DNA from: Planctomycetota bacterium
Lineage (GTDB): Bacteria > Planctomycetota > UBA1135 > UBA2386
NCBI GenBank assembly: GCA_965228735.1
Contig: OZ245838.1
Location: 7,040,001 to 7,104,000 of the forward strand
DNA: 64,000 bases
Direction: 5' to 3'
Part shown: one piece after another, positions 9,077 through 17,989 of the stretch
Layout of the letters: the number at the start of each line of letters is the position of its first letter
Numbering within the stretch: the stretch's first letter is position 1
The notes under the pieces: generated by a model
Seen by the model: only the letters and a program-made list of their open reading frames with translations
Databases searched by the model: none
Told to the model about the DNA's origin: nothing
Position numbers and translations under genes: made by a program

Positions 9077-11086
9077 ATGCCTCGGCTCCCGCTTCCCATC
9101 GCCCTCGGTCTCGCTCTCTCCTGCATCGGATCGGTCAGTGCCGCCCTGGCCCAGTCGCCGATCGCGATGCCCGGGTTCACGTCGACCTACGTCGGCAACG
9201 CGACGCGCGGGTTCTACTTCACGTGTCCCGTCGACTGCGTGATCACCGGACTGCAGGCGCCCAACGAAGCGTCGCAGCCAGCACAGGTCGTCGAGGTGCT
9301 CGATCTCGGAACGACCGCTCCCGCCGCGTTCCCGGCGACGACGGCCCCGGTTGGGCAGCTGTTCTACGACAACGCGGTGCCGGCCGGCACCCGGGTCAGC
9401 ACGAGCGTCGCTCTGCAGGCCGGTCGGGTCTACGGCATCTTCGGTTGCGCGACCGCGAGTGCGGGCAGCGCGCAGACGTTCTCGTCCTACGGCAACGGCG
9501 AGTTCTCGACGACGATCCAGGGCAACGCCGTCGTGCTGCGGCGGCTCGTGACGCAGAGCGGCATCGCGAGCAACGGCGGCAACCAGCCGTGTTCGGCGTC
9601 GACGGGTTCGATCGGGCGCGTGCTCGTCGACATCGAGCCGGCGGCCGGGCTCTACCCGAGCTTCGAACTCGACGTTGCCACGGGCCCGTCGCCGCTCACG
9701 GTGCAGTTCACCGACACGAGCACGACGAACGATCCGGGCGGTGTCACGAGCTGGGCCTGGGACTTCGACAACGACGGCACGATCGACTCGACCGCGCAGA
9801 ACCCGAGCTACCAGTTCATGACGTGCGGCGACTTCGACGTCAGCCTCACCGTCTCCGACGCGACCAACCCGCCGGCGACCGAGCTGCGGTCGGCAGCGGT
9901 GCGCACCGATCTGCTCGATCCGGGATTCCAGGTCGCGCTGCTGAGCCCGCCGAACGTCTGGCAGTTCACCGACACCTCGAGTCCGACGCCGACCGCCTGG
10001 GCGTGGGACTTCGACCACGATGGCACCGTCGACTCGACGCTGCAGAACCCGACGTTCCCGTCGGTGGGGCCGTGCCTCGACACGACGGTCCGCCTGACCG
10101 TGACCCGTGACTGTCGGACCGAGGCCACGGTGCGGCCCGTGTTCCGCGCGGCGGAGTCGTTCTTCGGTCCGACCGCCGGTGGCAACGGCACCACGAGCCT
10201 GACCGCGGCCGGCAACTACTTCGACATCGAGGTGACCAACCCCGGCGGCATCCGTGTCTGCGGCCTGGCCGTCGCGCCGCACACAGTCGCCGGGCCGCTC
10301 GACCTGACGATCTACGTGACGGAGGACACGTTCGTCGGCAAGGCCGGCAACGCCGGCTTCTGGCGCCTCGCCAGCACCGGCACCGGCGTGTCCGCGGGTG
10401 GCACGTTCCTCGCCCCGATCCTCAGCGACGTCGCACTCGACACCCCGTTCCTGTTGCCGGCGGGGAACTACGGCATCGCGGTCTTCCTGAGTTCGCCGAG
10501 CGGCATGGGCATCGCCTACACCAATGGCCCGGGCGGCCCGTTCGTCGGCGCCGACCTCGTCATGCACCCGAGCGGGGAAGGCGCCGCGAGCACGACCGAA
10601 CTCGGCAACGTGGTGTTCGAGCCGCGCCTCTTCAACGGCGGGTTCTACTACGCGCGCTGCAGCGTCGACGGTGAGGCCGCCCGCGGCTTCTACGGCACCG
10701 GCTGCCCCGGCGCGCTCGGCGTCCCGCAGCTCGACCCCGGCGTGACCGAGCCGGCGCTCGGCACGACCTACCAGCTCGACGTCACCAACGTCCCGAACGG
10801 CCTCGCCCTGATGTTCACAGGCCTCAGCAAGACGACCTCGATCTTCGGCCCACTCCCGCTCGACGGCGCCGCCTTCGGCGCCCCGGGCTGCCAGATGCGA
10901 GCCAGCTCCGACGTCGTCGAGTTCCTCCTGACAGCGACCAACACGGCCACCTGGACCCTCCCGGTCCCGAACGACCCCACGTTCCTCTGCCTGCCCATCT
11001 TCAACCAGGCTGCCGTCCTGTCGAACGGAACGAACGCCCTCGGCTTCGTCCTCTCGGACGCCTGGGCTGCACAACTGGGCAACTAG
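9077..11086 (+). CDS. Secreted PKD-domain protein with shared C-terminal domain
   Basis: Signal peptide; two PKD repeats (VQFTDTS...WAWDFDNDGTIDST.QNP); C-terminal YGTGCPG...LSDA domain. Confidence 0.85.
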   Translation: MPRLPLPIALGLALSCIGSVSAALAQSPIAMPGFTSTYVGNATRGFYFTCPVDCVITGLQAPNEASQPAQVVEVLDLGTTAPAAFPATTAPVGQLFYDNAVPAGTRVSTSVALQAGRVYGIFGCATASAGSAQTFSSYGNGEFSTTIQGNAVVLRRLVTQSGIASNGGNQPCSASTGSIGRVLVDIEPAAGLYPSFELDVATGPSPLTVQFTDTSTTNDPGGVTSWAWDFDNDGTIDSTAQNPSYQFMTCGDFDVSLTVSDATNPPATELRSAAVRTDLLDPGFQVALLSPPNVWQFTDTSSPTPTAWAWDFDHDGTVDSTLQNPTFPSVGPCLDTTVRLTVTRDCRTEATVRPVFRAAESFFGPTAGGNGTTSLTAAGNYFDIEVTNPGGIRVCGLAVAPHTVAGPLDLTIYVTEDTFVGKAGNAGFWRLASTGTGVSAGGTFLAPILSDVALDTPFLLPAGNYGIAVFLSSPSGMGIAYTNGPGGPFVGADLVMHPSGEGAASTTELGNVVFEPRLFNGGFYYARCSVDGEAARGFYGTGCPGALGVPQLDPGVTEPALGTTYQLDVTNVPNGLALMFTGLSKTTSIFGPLPLDGAAFGAPGCQMRASSDVVEFLLTATNTATWTLPVPNDPTFLCLPIFNQAAVLSNGTNALGFVLSDAWAAQLGN

Positions 11087-11087
11087 C

Positions 11088-11583
11088 GCAACTGGACCAC
11101 GCCGCACGCCTGCGGCGCGGAGAACCGGTATCGCGGCACAAGCGGACTCTCGGCCTTCGGCCGAGTCGTCCTTGAGGATGTGAACGTACCGAACCCGATC
11201 TCTTGGTCTCGCTATGCGAACGGCGGGAGCGGCCGAGGTGAAGGTGTTCGCGTGAGGATGGCGTTACCGAACCCGTTTCAAATCCGCCACCGCCGACGTG
11301 GCTGTGTCCGTGTGCGGCGGCGGGCTGTGTCGAGGAGCGGCGTGGCGGATTCGAAACGGGTTCGGTAACGCCACGAGGGCCGGTGCACCACTCTCAGATG
11401 CGAAGTGGACGAGCGGCCGAAGGCCGCAAGTCCACCTGTGCCGCGATACCGGTTCTCCGCGCCGCAGGCGTGCGCTGGCAAGGAGGGCAAGCGAGCCGCG
11501 CGGAGGCGGCCTCCTGGCCGCTGAGCACGAGCGAGCGCCGGCCCGACGCAGTCCAGCGTGCGTCTGCGGCGTGGTCCAGTTGC
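11088..11583. mobile_element. MITE/REPIN-like non-coding element with nested inverted repeats
   Basis: Perfect 19-bp terminal IR GCAACTGGACCACGCCGCA (11088-11106 / 11565-11583); ~68-bp IR (11103-11171 / 11407-11474); 32-bp IR with 1 mismatch (11259-11290 / 11342-11373). Confidence 0.7.
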
Positions 11584-11584
11584 C

Positions 11585-12703
11585 TTAAAGGTCTTCGAGG
11601 AAGACCAGCAGCGCGTCCACGTCCTGCGGGGACAGGGCCTGGAACGCGGCGGTGACGGCAGCGGCTTCGCCGTCGTGGGCCTTGATCGCGTCGACGATGG
11701 TCTCGGCGCGGCCGTCGTGCATGTACGGAGCGGTGTCGCGGATGCCCCAGAGCGGTGGGGTGCGGTAGAAGCCCACGTCGGCGCCCGGCTCGGCCATGCC
11801 GCGGAAGCCGGCGGGCATGACGTTGTGGAGCAGGAGGTTCGAGTAGAGCGGGACCGGGCCGGCGCTGCCTTGCAGGGTCGGGATGTGGCAGACGGCGCAG
11901 CCGACGGTGTTGAACAGCTGTTCGCCGGTGGCGAGGCGCGGGTCGGTCGAGCCGCCGCGTGCGGGTGCCGGCAGCGATGCAATGAACGCCGTGAGGTCGT
12001 CGATGGCGGTCTGGTCGAGCTCCGGGTCGGGAACGCCGTCGCTGTCGCTCGGGACCGCGAAGCCGCGGCCGACGCTCGCCGTCGTGATCCCCATCTCCTG
12101 GCCCATCGCGTCGCGCACGAAGTCCTCGATCGTCGGGACCTGGGCCTTCCAGCCGAGGCGTCCGATCTCGATGCTGCCGCCGATCGTCAGCCGGCGCGCG
12201 ACGCCGAAGATGCCGTCGTTGTTGGCGTCGGTCGGGTCCTCGTTGGCCGTGATGATCGGGCCGGAGATCGTGTCGATCAGGCCGAGGCCGAACAGGGTCG
12301 GCGTCTGACGCTGCTCGAAGACGTCGGCTTGCAGGCCAGCCGTCGGATGTTCTTCGCGGCCGGCGGCGTCCGGGGACCGCAGCTTGCTGAGGATCTGGCC
12401 ACCCGGCAGGTTCTGGAACGGGCCGGCGCCGCCGTTGTCGTTGGCGAAGCGCGTGACGTTGAGCTCGAGCCCGCCGGCTCCCCCGAGTCCGGGGTCCTGA
12501 TGGCAGGCGCGGCAGCTGTCGGCGTTGATGTCCGGGGTGCCGAGGCCGTCCGCGACGTGGAAGTTCCGGTCGAACAGTTCGCGGCCGTTCGCGATGTTGC
12601 CGCCCGGGCCCTGGAAGAACGCCAACGCACCGACGGTGAGGGCAGTGCCGACCCCGAGGGCGAGGGTGTGGCGATGAGTGAGGGACTCGAACATTGCGAT
12701 CAC
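11585..12703 (-). CDS. Di-heme oxidoreductase (DHOR/DUF1111-like) family protein
   Basis: CRACH and CAVCH heme motifs, GRLGWKA, YRTPPLWG, YMHDGRA; GTG start overlaps the upstream stop (alternative ATG at 12694). Confidence 0.88.
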   Translation of the reverse strand: MIAMFESLTHRHTLALGVGTALTVGALAFFQGPGGNIANGRELFDRNFHVADGLGTPDINADSCRACHQDPGLGGAGGLELNVTRFANDNGGAGPFQNLPGGQILSKLRSPDAAGREEHPTAGLQADVFEQRQTPTLFGLGLIDTISGPIITANEDPTDANNDGIFGVARRLTIGGSIEIGRLGWKAQVPTIEDFVRDAMGQEMGITTASVGRGFAVPSDSDGVPDPELDQTAIDDLTAFIASLPAPARGGSTDPRLATGEQLFNTVGCAVCHIPTLQGSAGPVPLYSNLLLHNVMPAGFRGMAEPGADVGFYRTPPLWGIRDTAPYMHDGRAETIVDAIKAHDGEAAAVTAAFQALSPQDVDALLVFLEDL

Positions 12704-14010
12704 AGATGCTTGAGGAAGGTCAGGACGTCGTCGCGCTCGGCCTGCGTGAGACCGAGGTAGTCCTCGGTGCTGGCGCTGGCCTCGCCGCCGTGCATGCGGA
12801 TCGCGTCGTCGATCGTCGCGGCCCGGCCGTCGTGGAGGTAGGGCGGGAAGAGGGACACGCCCCACAGCGGCTGCGTGCGCCACTCCTGGCCATTGGCGAG
12901 TGGGCTCGACGGCGAGGCCTGCGGCGAGCCGAAGTTGATCCCGTCGGCGAGTGCCGGCCCCATGTCATGGATCAGGAGATCGGTGTAGGCCCGCACCGGA
13001 CCGCGCGACGACGGCAGCTCGGGAATGTGACACTTCGCGCAGCCGATCTGGTCGAACAGCGCTTCGCCGCGCAGCGCCGCTTCGTCGAACGGCAGCGGTT
13101 CGGGCGGCGCGAGAAAGCGGGTGAACGCGATCAGGTCACCGAGGTCGTTGTGCGCAAGCTCGGGATCGGGCACGCCGTCGTTGTCCGTCGTCGGATCGTT
13201 CGGGTTGCCCGACGCCTGCGGCGCCATGCCCGGCGCGAGCGACACGGTGCCCGCCGAACCGAGGAATGGGTTGGTCGTGATCCCCATCTGGTTGAACAGC
13301 GGGGCGCGCGTGAAGATCTCGACGTTGTTCGACTGCGCCTTCGTGCCGAACCGACCGATGCCGGACGGGTCGGTGTTGTAGCGCCCACTGATCCCGTCGT
13401 TGTCGGCGTCGTCGGGGTCCGCGTTGCCCAGGATGGTCGTGTTCGAGACGAACTCGAACAGGCCCGTGCCGAAGATCGGGATCGAGTTCCGTTGCGCCGA
13501 TACCACGGGGTAGAACGGGTGGGACATCGGCGTGCGCGGCGCATCGAGTTCGTGCGCGGTCGAGAACACGCGCCCGAAAGCCGGAACGACGACGCTCGGC
13601 AGACCCGACAGGTTGAACTGGAACGCCGGGCCGAGGCCCGGGTCGACCTGCGCGACGTAGAAGTTCCGGTAGAGCCCCGCGCCGCCGCCCGGTTCGGGGG
13701 TGCTGTGGCACGAGGCACACGACGTCGCGTTGTAGAGCGGGCCGACCCCTTCGCTCGGCGTGAAGCGCTTGCTGAAGAGGACGCGACCGCGTTCGAACGC
13801 GGCGAGTTCCGTCGGGGTCAGGCCGGGCAGCGGGTCACCGAGCGCGGTCCGCGTCGGCGTCGGTTCGGGGTCCGGGCCAGGGTTGATCGGCGGCTCGCTG
13901 CCACCGCTCGAAGTGTGGCGGCACGCGGTCAGGGCGAGCGCCGTGCTCGCGGCGAGAAGCAGCGCGGTGCGACGGGTTTGGGTGGGCACTGGAGTCGTTG
14001 GATCGGGCAA
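12700..14010 (-). CDS. Di-heme oxidoreductase (DHOR) family lipoprotein
   Basis: Lipobox LTAC; GVGPLYNATSCASCH, CAKCH, WRTQPLWG, YLHDGRA. Confidence 0.88.
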   Translation of the reverse strand: MPDPTTPVPTQTRRTALLLAASTALALTACRHTSSGGSEPPINPGPDPEPTPTRTALGDPLPGLTPTELAAFERGRVLFSKRFTPSEGVGPLYNATSCASCHSTPEPGGGAGLYRNFYVAQVDPGLGPAFQFNLSGLPSVVVPAFGRVFSTAHELDAPRTPMSHPFYPVVSAQRNSIPIFGTGLFEFVSNTTILGNADPDDADNDGISGRYNTDPSGIGRFGTKAQSNNVEIFTRAPLFNQMGITTNPFLGSAGTVSLAPGMAPQASGNPNDPTTDNDGVPDPELAHNDLGDLIAFTRFLAPPEPLPFDEAALRGEALFDQIGCAKCHIPELPSSRGPVRAYTDLLIHDMGPALADGINFGSPQASPSSPLANGQEWRTQPLWGVSLFPPYLHDGRAATIDDAIRMHGGEASASTEDYLGLTQAERDDVLTFLKHL

Positions 14011-14247
14011 TGGGAACGCGACTACGGCAACGGTAACACACGACAGCGGCCCGAGTGGAGGGCCGGCCCTCGGCAGTCGCGGAACGGGATACGCAGCGAC
14101 GTGTCAGTCCTAGAGCCGGAACCGGCTGACGTAACGGCCGATACCGGGGCCGGGGCTATGTCGCGTTCCCGCCGCCGGTTCCCGATCGCCGCTGCTGCCA
14201 GTGCGGCAGGCGCTTGCGCCGCTTCGGGCCGGCTGCATGCTGCCGGC

Positions 14248-14889
14248 ATGAACGCGGAACGCGCGGCGCGCCACATCGTCCTGCTCGGGGACTCGATCTT
14301 CGACAACGCCGTCTACGTTCCGGGCGAACCGGCGGTGCCGGACCAGTTGTCGGCGCTGGCGGTCGGTCGCGTGACGCTGGCGGCCCGCGACGGCGACCAG
14401 GTCGCCGGCGTGGCGGACCAACTCGTTGCGGTGCCCGCGGACGCGACCCACCTCGTGGTGAGCGTCGGCGGCAACGACGCGCTCGAGCACGTCGGCCTGC
14501 TGAACCGGCCGGTGAGCGCCTCCCGCGAGGTGTTCGGCGAACTGGCCGCGATTCAGGTCGCGTTCCGCGCGCACTACGAGCGCATGCTCACCGCGGTGCG
14601 GTCGCGCGGCCTGCCCGTGGTCGTCTGCACGATCTACGACTCCAACTACGAAGAGGGCAACAAGGCGTCAGCCGACGCCGCGTTGACGGTCTTCAACGAC
14701 GCGATCGTGCGGTGCGCCGGTGCCGCGGGCGTGCCGGTGATCGACCTGCGTCGCATCTTCACGGCGCCGACCGACTACGCCAACCCGATCGAGCCCTCGG
14801 CGGTCGGTGGCCAGAAGCTCGTCGAGGTGATCGCCCGCGTCTGCGTCGAACACGACTTCGCCGCGTCGCGCGCGACGCTCTACCCGTGA
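14248..14889 (+). CDS. SGNH/GDSL hydrolase
   Basis: HIVLLGDSIFDN, VSVGGND, DYANPIEPS. Confidence 0.88.
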   Translation: MNAERAARHIVLLGDSIFDNAVYVPGEPAVPDQLSALAVGRVTLAARDGDQVAGVADQLVAVPADATHLVVSVGGNDALEHVGLLNRPVSASREVFGELAAIQVAFRAHYERMLTAVRSRGLPVVVCTIYDSNYEEGNKASADAALTVFNDAIVRCAGAAGVPVIDLRRIFTAPTDYANPIEPSAVGGQKLVEVIARVCVEHDFAASRATLYP

Positions 14890-14929
14890 GCGGCCGGCGG
14901 ATCGCGGCGCGCCGCGTTACGATGGGCGA

Positions 14930-15535
14930 ATGACGGCTCCGAGCGCGCCAGACCAGAACGACCTCGATCCCGTCGAAGCGTGCTGGCGCTCGCTGACCCG
15001 CGGCATCGACATGCCGGCCGGCGAACGCGAGTGGTTCGGCGCGCAGGTCGCGTCGTGCGCGGTGCCGAAGGGCGAGCTGCTGATCGCGGAGGGCGAGCTG
15101 GTCGAGCACGCGTTCTTCCTGCTCGAAGGCATGGTGCGGCACGTCTCGAAGCGCGGTGACCGCCAGGTCACGTTCGGCTTCGACTACGAAGGACGGCTCA
15201 CGTCGGATCTGCTCGGGTTCTTCGGCGGCGAGCGCGCGCGGTCGTCGCTCGAGGCGATCGAGGACGTGACGGCGGTTCGGATCGGCCGCGCGACGCTCGA
15301 GGCCGGGTATGCCCGCGACCCCGTTTGGGAGCACCTCGGACGTCGGCGATTGCAGGAGACCGTCGTGCACCTCGCCGACAAGGAGGACCGCATCCGGACG
15401 CTGACGCCCGAACAGCGCTACCGCGCGCTCGTCGACGCGCGGTCGCCGCTGGCGCTGCGCGTGCCGCAGTACCTGCTCGCGGCCTACCTGGGAATCACGC
15501 CCGAGACGTTGAGCCGGATCCGCGGGCGATCTTGA
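14930..15535 (+). CDS. Crp/Fnr family transcriptional regulator
   Basis: cNMP-binding fold plus C-terminal VPQYLLAAYLGITPETLSRIR HTH. Confidence 0.9.
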   Translation: MTAPSAPDQNDLDPVEACWRSLTRGIDMPAGEREWFGAQVASCAVPKGELLIAEGELVEHAFFLLEGMVRHVSKRGDRQVTFGFDYEGRLTSDLLGFFGGERARSSLEAIEDVTAVRIGRATLEAGYARDPVWEHLGRRRLQETVVHLADKEDRIRTLTPEQRYRALVDARSPLALRVPQYLLAAYLGITPETLSRIRGRS

Positions 15536-15545
15536 TCCGGATCAA
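15532..15545. promoter_or_regulatory. FNR-type box
   Basis: Perfect TTGAT-ccgg-ATCAA overlapping the Crp/Fnr stop codon, upstream of the next gene. Confidence 0.7.
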
Positions 15546-15570
15546 CGCGGCGCGGACTAGCGTGCGGGCG

Positions 15571-17988
15571 ATGCAGACCCATGGTCGTTCCTCTGCGCCG
15601 CGCGCGGCTCTCGGCGTCGCGGTGGCCGTGCTCGTCGCGCTCGCTCCGCTGGCCCGCCCCGCTGCCGCGCAGGGCCCGTGGCGCCAGCTCGCCGATCCGG
15701 TCGCTGCCGGTTGGGACGAGGCCGGGGTCGCAGCGGCGCGCCAACTGGCGGAGAACGGTGGTTCGGCCGCGGTCGTCGTCGTCGATCGCGGCGTGATCGC
15801 GCACGCCTGGGGCGAGGTCGAACGCAAGTTCAAGTGCCACTCGGTGCGCAAGAGCATCCTGAGCCTGCTCTACGGCATCGCGGTCGAGCGCGGCCTCGTC
15901 GACCTCGAGGCGACCGTCGGAGCGCTCGGGATCGACGATCGGTCGGCGCTGTCCGACGTCGAGAAGTCGGCCCGGATCATCGACCTCCTGGCAGCGCGTT
16001 CGGGCGTCTACCACCCCGCGGCGAAGGAGCCGAACGACATGAAGCGTCGTCGGCCCGCGCGGTTCTCGCAGCGGCCGGACGAGCGATTCTTCTACAACAA
16101 CTGGGACTTCAACGTCGCCGGGGTCGTGCTCGCGCAACAGACCGGGAAGGACCTCTTCGCGACGTTCGACGAGTGGCTCGCCAAGCCACTGGGGCTCGAG
16201 GACTGGCAGTCGGACGACGGGCGCTACGAGCTCGAGCCGGGCAACTCGGAGCACGCGGCGTTCGCGTTCCGCATGTCGGCGCGTGACCTCGCCCGCATCG
16301 GCTGGCTCGTGAGCAACGACGGTCGCGTCGGAGAGCGGGCCGTCGTCCCGGCCGCGTGGATCGAGCGCAGCACGGGGCTCGTCTCGCGCTTCCAGAACGA
16401 CTCGGGCTACGGCCTGATGTGGTGGTGCTATCCCGCGGGGTCGCTCGCGAGCGCGCCGCGGCTCAATGAGCACGACGTGGTGCTCGCGCGCGGCACCGGC
16501 GGGCAGGCGGTCTTCGTCGTGCGCGGTCAGGACTTCGTCGTCGTGCACCGCGGCGACACGGACAACGGGCAGCGCGTCGGCGGCGGCACGGTGTTCGGAA
16601 TCGTCGAGGCGATGTTCGCGGCGCGCCCGGCCGCAGCGCCGGCCCGCGAGCTTTCGACCGAGGGCATCGTCGCGACGCCGCTCCCGGGCCGCCTGCCCCG
16701 GCGTCCCGAGCGCTCGGCCGTCGCGAGCACCGCGGCAGAACGGGCCGAAGTCGCCGGCGTCTATCGCTTCCCCCGACTCGGTCGCTGTCGCGTGTTCGAG
16801 CACGACGACCGGTTGTTCGTGCACGCCGCTCCCGGGAACGAGACCGAGCTGGTGCGCGTTCGCGCTGACGATGGACCCGACGGCGATGGTGGCGCTTCGT
16901 GGATCGCGGCGGTCGATGGCGGGGCGATGACGCCCGAGCGCGGCGCGAACGGTCGCGTCGTCGCCGTCACGGTCGAGGTCGGCGGCCGCGCTCTGCGCGG
17001 CGAACGGGTCCCACCCGACGGAGAGCTCTGGGTCGTGCACATCGACGAGGGCGGCGTGCGCCAGGTCGACCTCACGACCGGCATCGCCTCGGACCTCATC
17101 GCGACCGGCCGTGGACCGCACGAGATCGCGCTGTGCCCCGACGGTCGTCGCGCCGTCGTCGCGGACTACGCGGGCAGCCGGCTCGCGGTCGTCGACCTCG
17201 ACGCGCGCACCGTCGAGCGTCAGATCCCGCTCGCGCGCGATCCCGTGCCGGCGTTCTCCCGGCCGCACGGCGTCGCGGTGACCGACGACGGGACGGCGCT
17301 CGTGACGGCGGAGGCCAATCAGCGGTTGCTGCGGGTCGACCTCGAGCGTGGCGCGGTGCAGGCCGCGATGCCGACGGCGGCGCGCATGTCTCACATGGTC
17401 CTGCCGTTCGACGACGGGGCGCGCGCACTCGTCGCGAACAAGACGGACGGTGACCTGACGGTCGTCGACGTCGCGCAGGGCAAGGTCGTGCAGAAGATCG
17501 CGACGGGTGCCGGGGCGCAAGGGCTCGCGTTGCGGCCGGGCACCCGCGAGGTCTGGGTCACCAACATTGAGGCCGACTCGCTGTCGATCGTCGACCTCGA
17601 TTCGCTCACCGAGATCGCCGAGCTGCCGTGCCCGGACCATCCGGTGCGCGTCGCGTTCTCGCCGGATGGTTCGCGCGCGATCGTGAGTCACTACCGGCCG
17701 GGCACGGTGTCGATCTGGGGCGCGGCAGCGCGCCGTCTCCGGATCGAGTTGCCGTTGCCGCGACTGACGAACGAGGCCGCCGCCGCGCGACCGTCGCCCG
17801 CGCACCGCCGCGGCTTCCCGGTCACGACCCCGTTGCCTGTCGGGCTGCTCGTGCACCCGGACGGCGAGACCGCGTTCGTCGCGTGCACGCGCGGCGATCA
17901 GGTGATCGAGATCGACCTCGCGTTCGAGATCGTCGGCCGCCGGTTCGCGACGGGCCGCGCGCCCGACGGCATGATCTGGCGCCGGTGA
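15571..17988 (+). CDS. Serine hydrolase (beta-lactamase family) fused to a YVTN-type beta-propeller
   Basis: Signal peptide; SVRK (SxxK), YNN, ARG.GGQ; C-terminal repeats IATG.GPH / IATGAGAQG / ATGRAPDG. Confidence 0.85.
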   Translation: MQTHGRSSAPRAALGVAVAVLVALAPLARPAAAQGPWRQLADPVAAGWDEAGVAAARQLAENGGSAAVVVVDRGVIAHAWGEVERKFKCHSVRKSILSLLYGIAVERGLVDLEATVGALGIDDRSALSDVEKSARIIDLLAARSGVYHPAAKEPNDMKRRRPARFSQRPDERFFYNNWDFNVAGVVLAQQTGKDLFATFDEWLAKPLGLEDWQSDDGRYELEPGNSEHAAFAFRMSARDLARIGWLVSNDGRVGERAVVPAAWIERSTGLVSRFQNDSGYGLMWWCYPAGSLASAPRLNEHDVVLARGTGGQAVFVVRGQDFVVVHRGDTDNGQRVGGGTVFGIVEAMFAARPAAAPARELSTEGIVATPLPGRLPRRPERSAVASTAAERAEVAGVYRFPRLGRCRVFEHDDRLFVHAAPGNETELVRVRADDGPDGDGGASWIAAVDGGAMTPERGANGRVVAVTVEVGGRALRGERVPPDGELWVVHIDEGGVRQVDLTTGIASDLIATGRGPHEIALCPDGRRAVVADYAGSRLAVVDLDARTVERQIPLARDPVPAFSRPHGVAVTDDGTALVTAEANQRLLRVDLERGAVQAAMPTAARMSHMVLPFDDGARALVANKTDGDLTVVDVAQGKVVQKIATGAGAQGLALRPGTREVWVTNIEADSLSIVDLDSLTEIAELPCPDHPVRVAFSPDGSRAIVSHYRPGTVSIWGAAARRLRIELPLPRLTNEAAAARPSPAHRRGFPVTTPLPVGLLVHPDGETAFVACTRGDQVIEIDLAFEIVGRRFATGRAPDGMIWRR

Positions 17989-17989
17989 A

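Noticed and set aside
7937..11107. Very long antisense or alternate-frame ORFs (also 15484-18555, 38586-41408, 53075-55792, 61269-63791)
   Set aside because: Arg/Gly/Ala-rich shadow ORFs of real genes, expected in high-GC DNA; no recognisable motifs.
11088..11583. Possible CRISPR array or tRNA in the repeat-rich intergenic region
   Set aside because: The repeats are inverted rather than regularly spaced direct repeats; no cas genes and no cloverleaf or T-loop motif.
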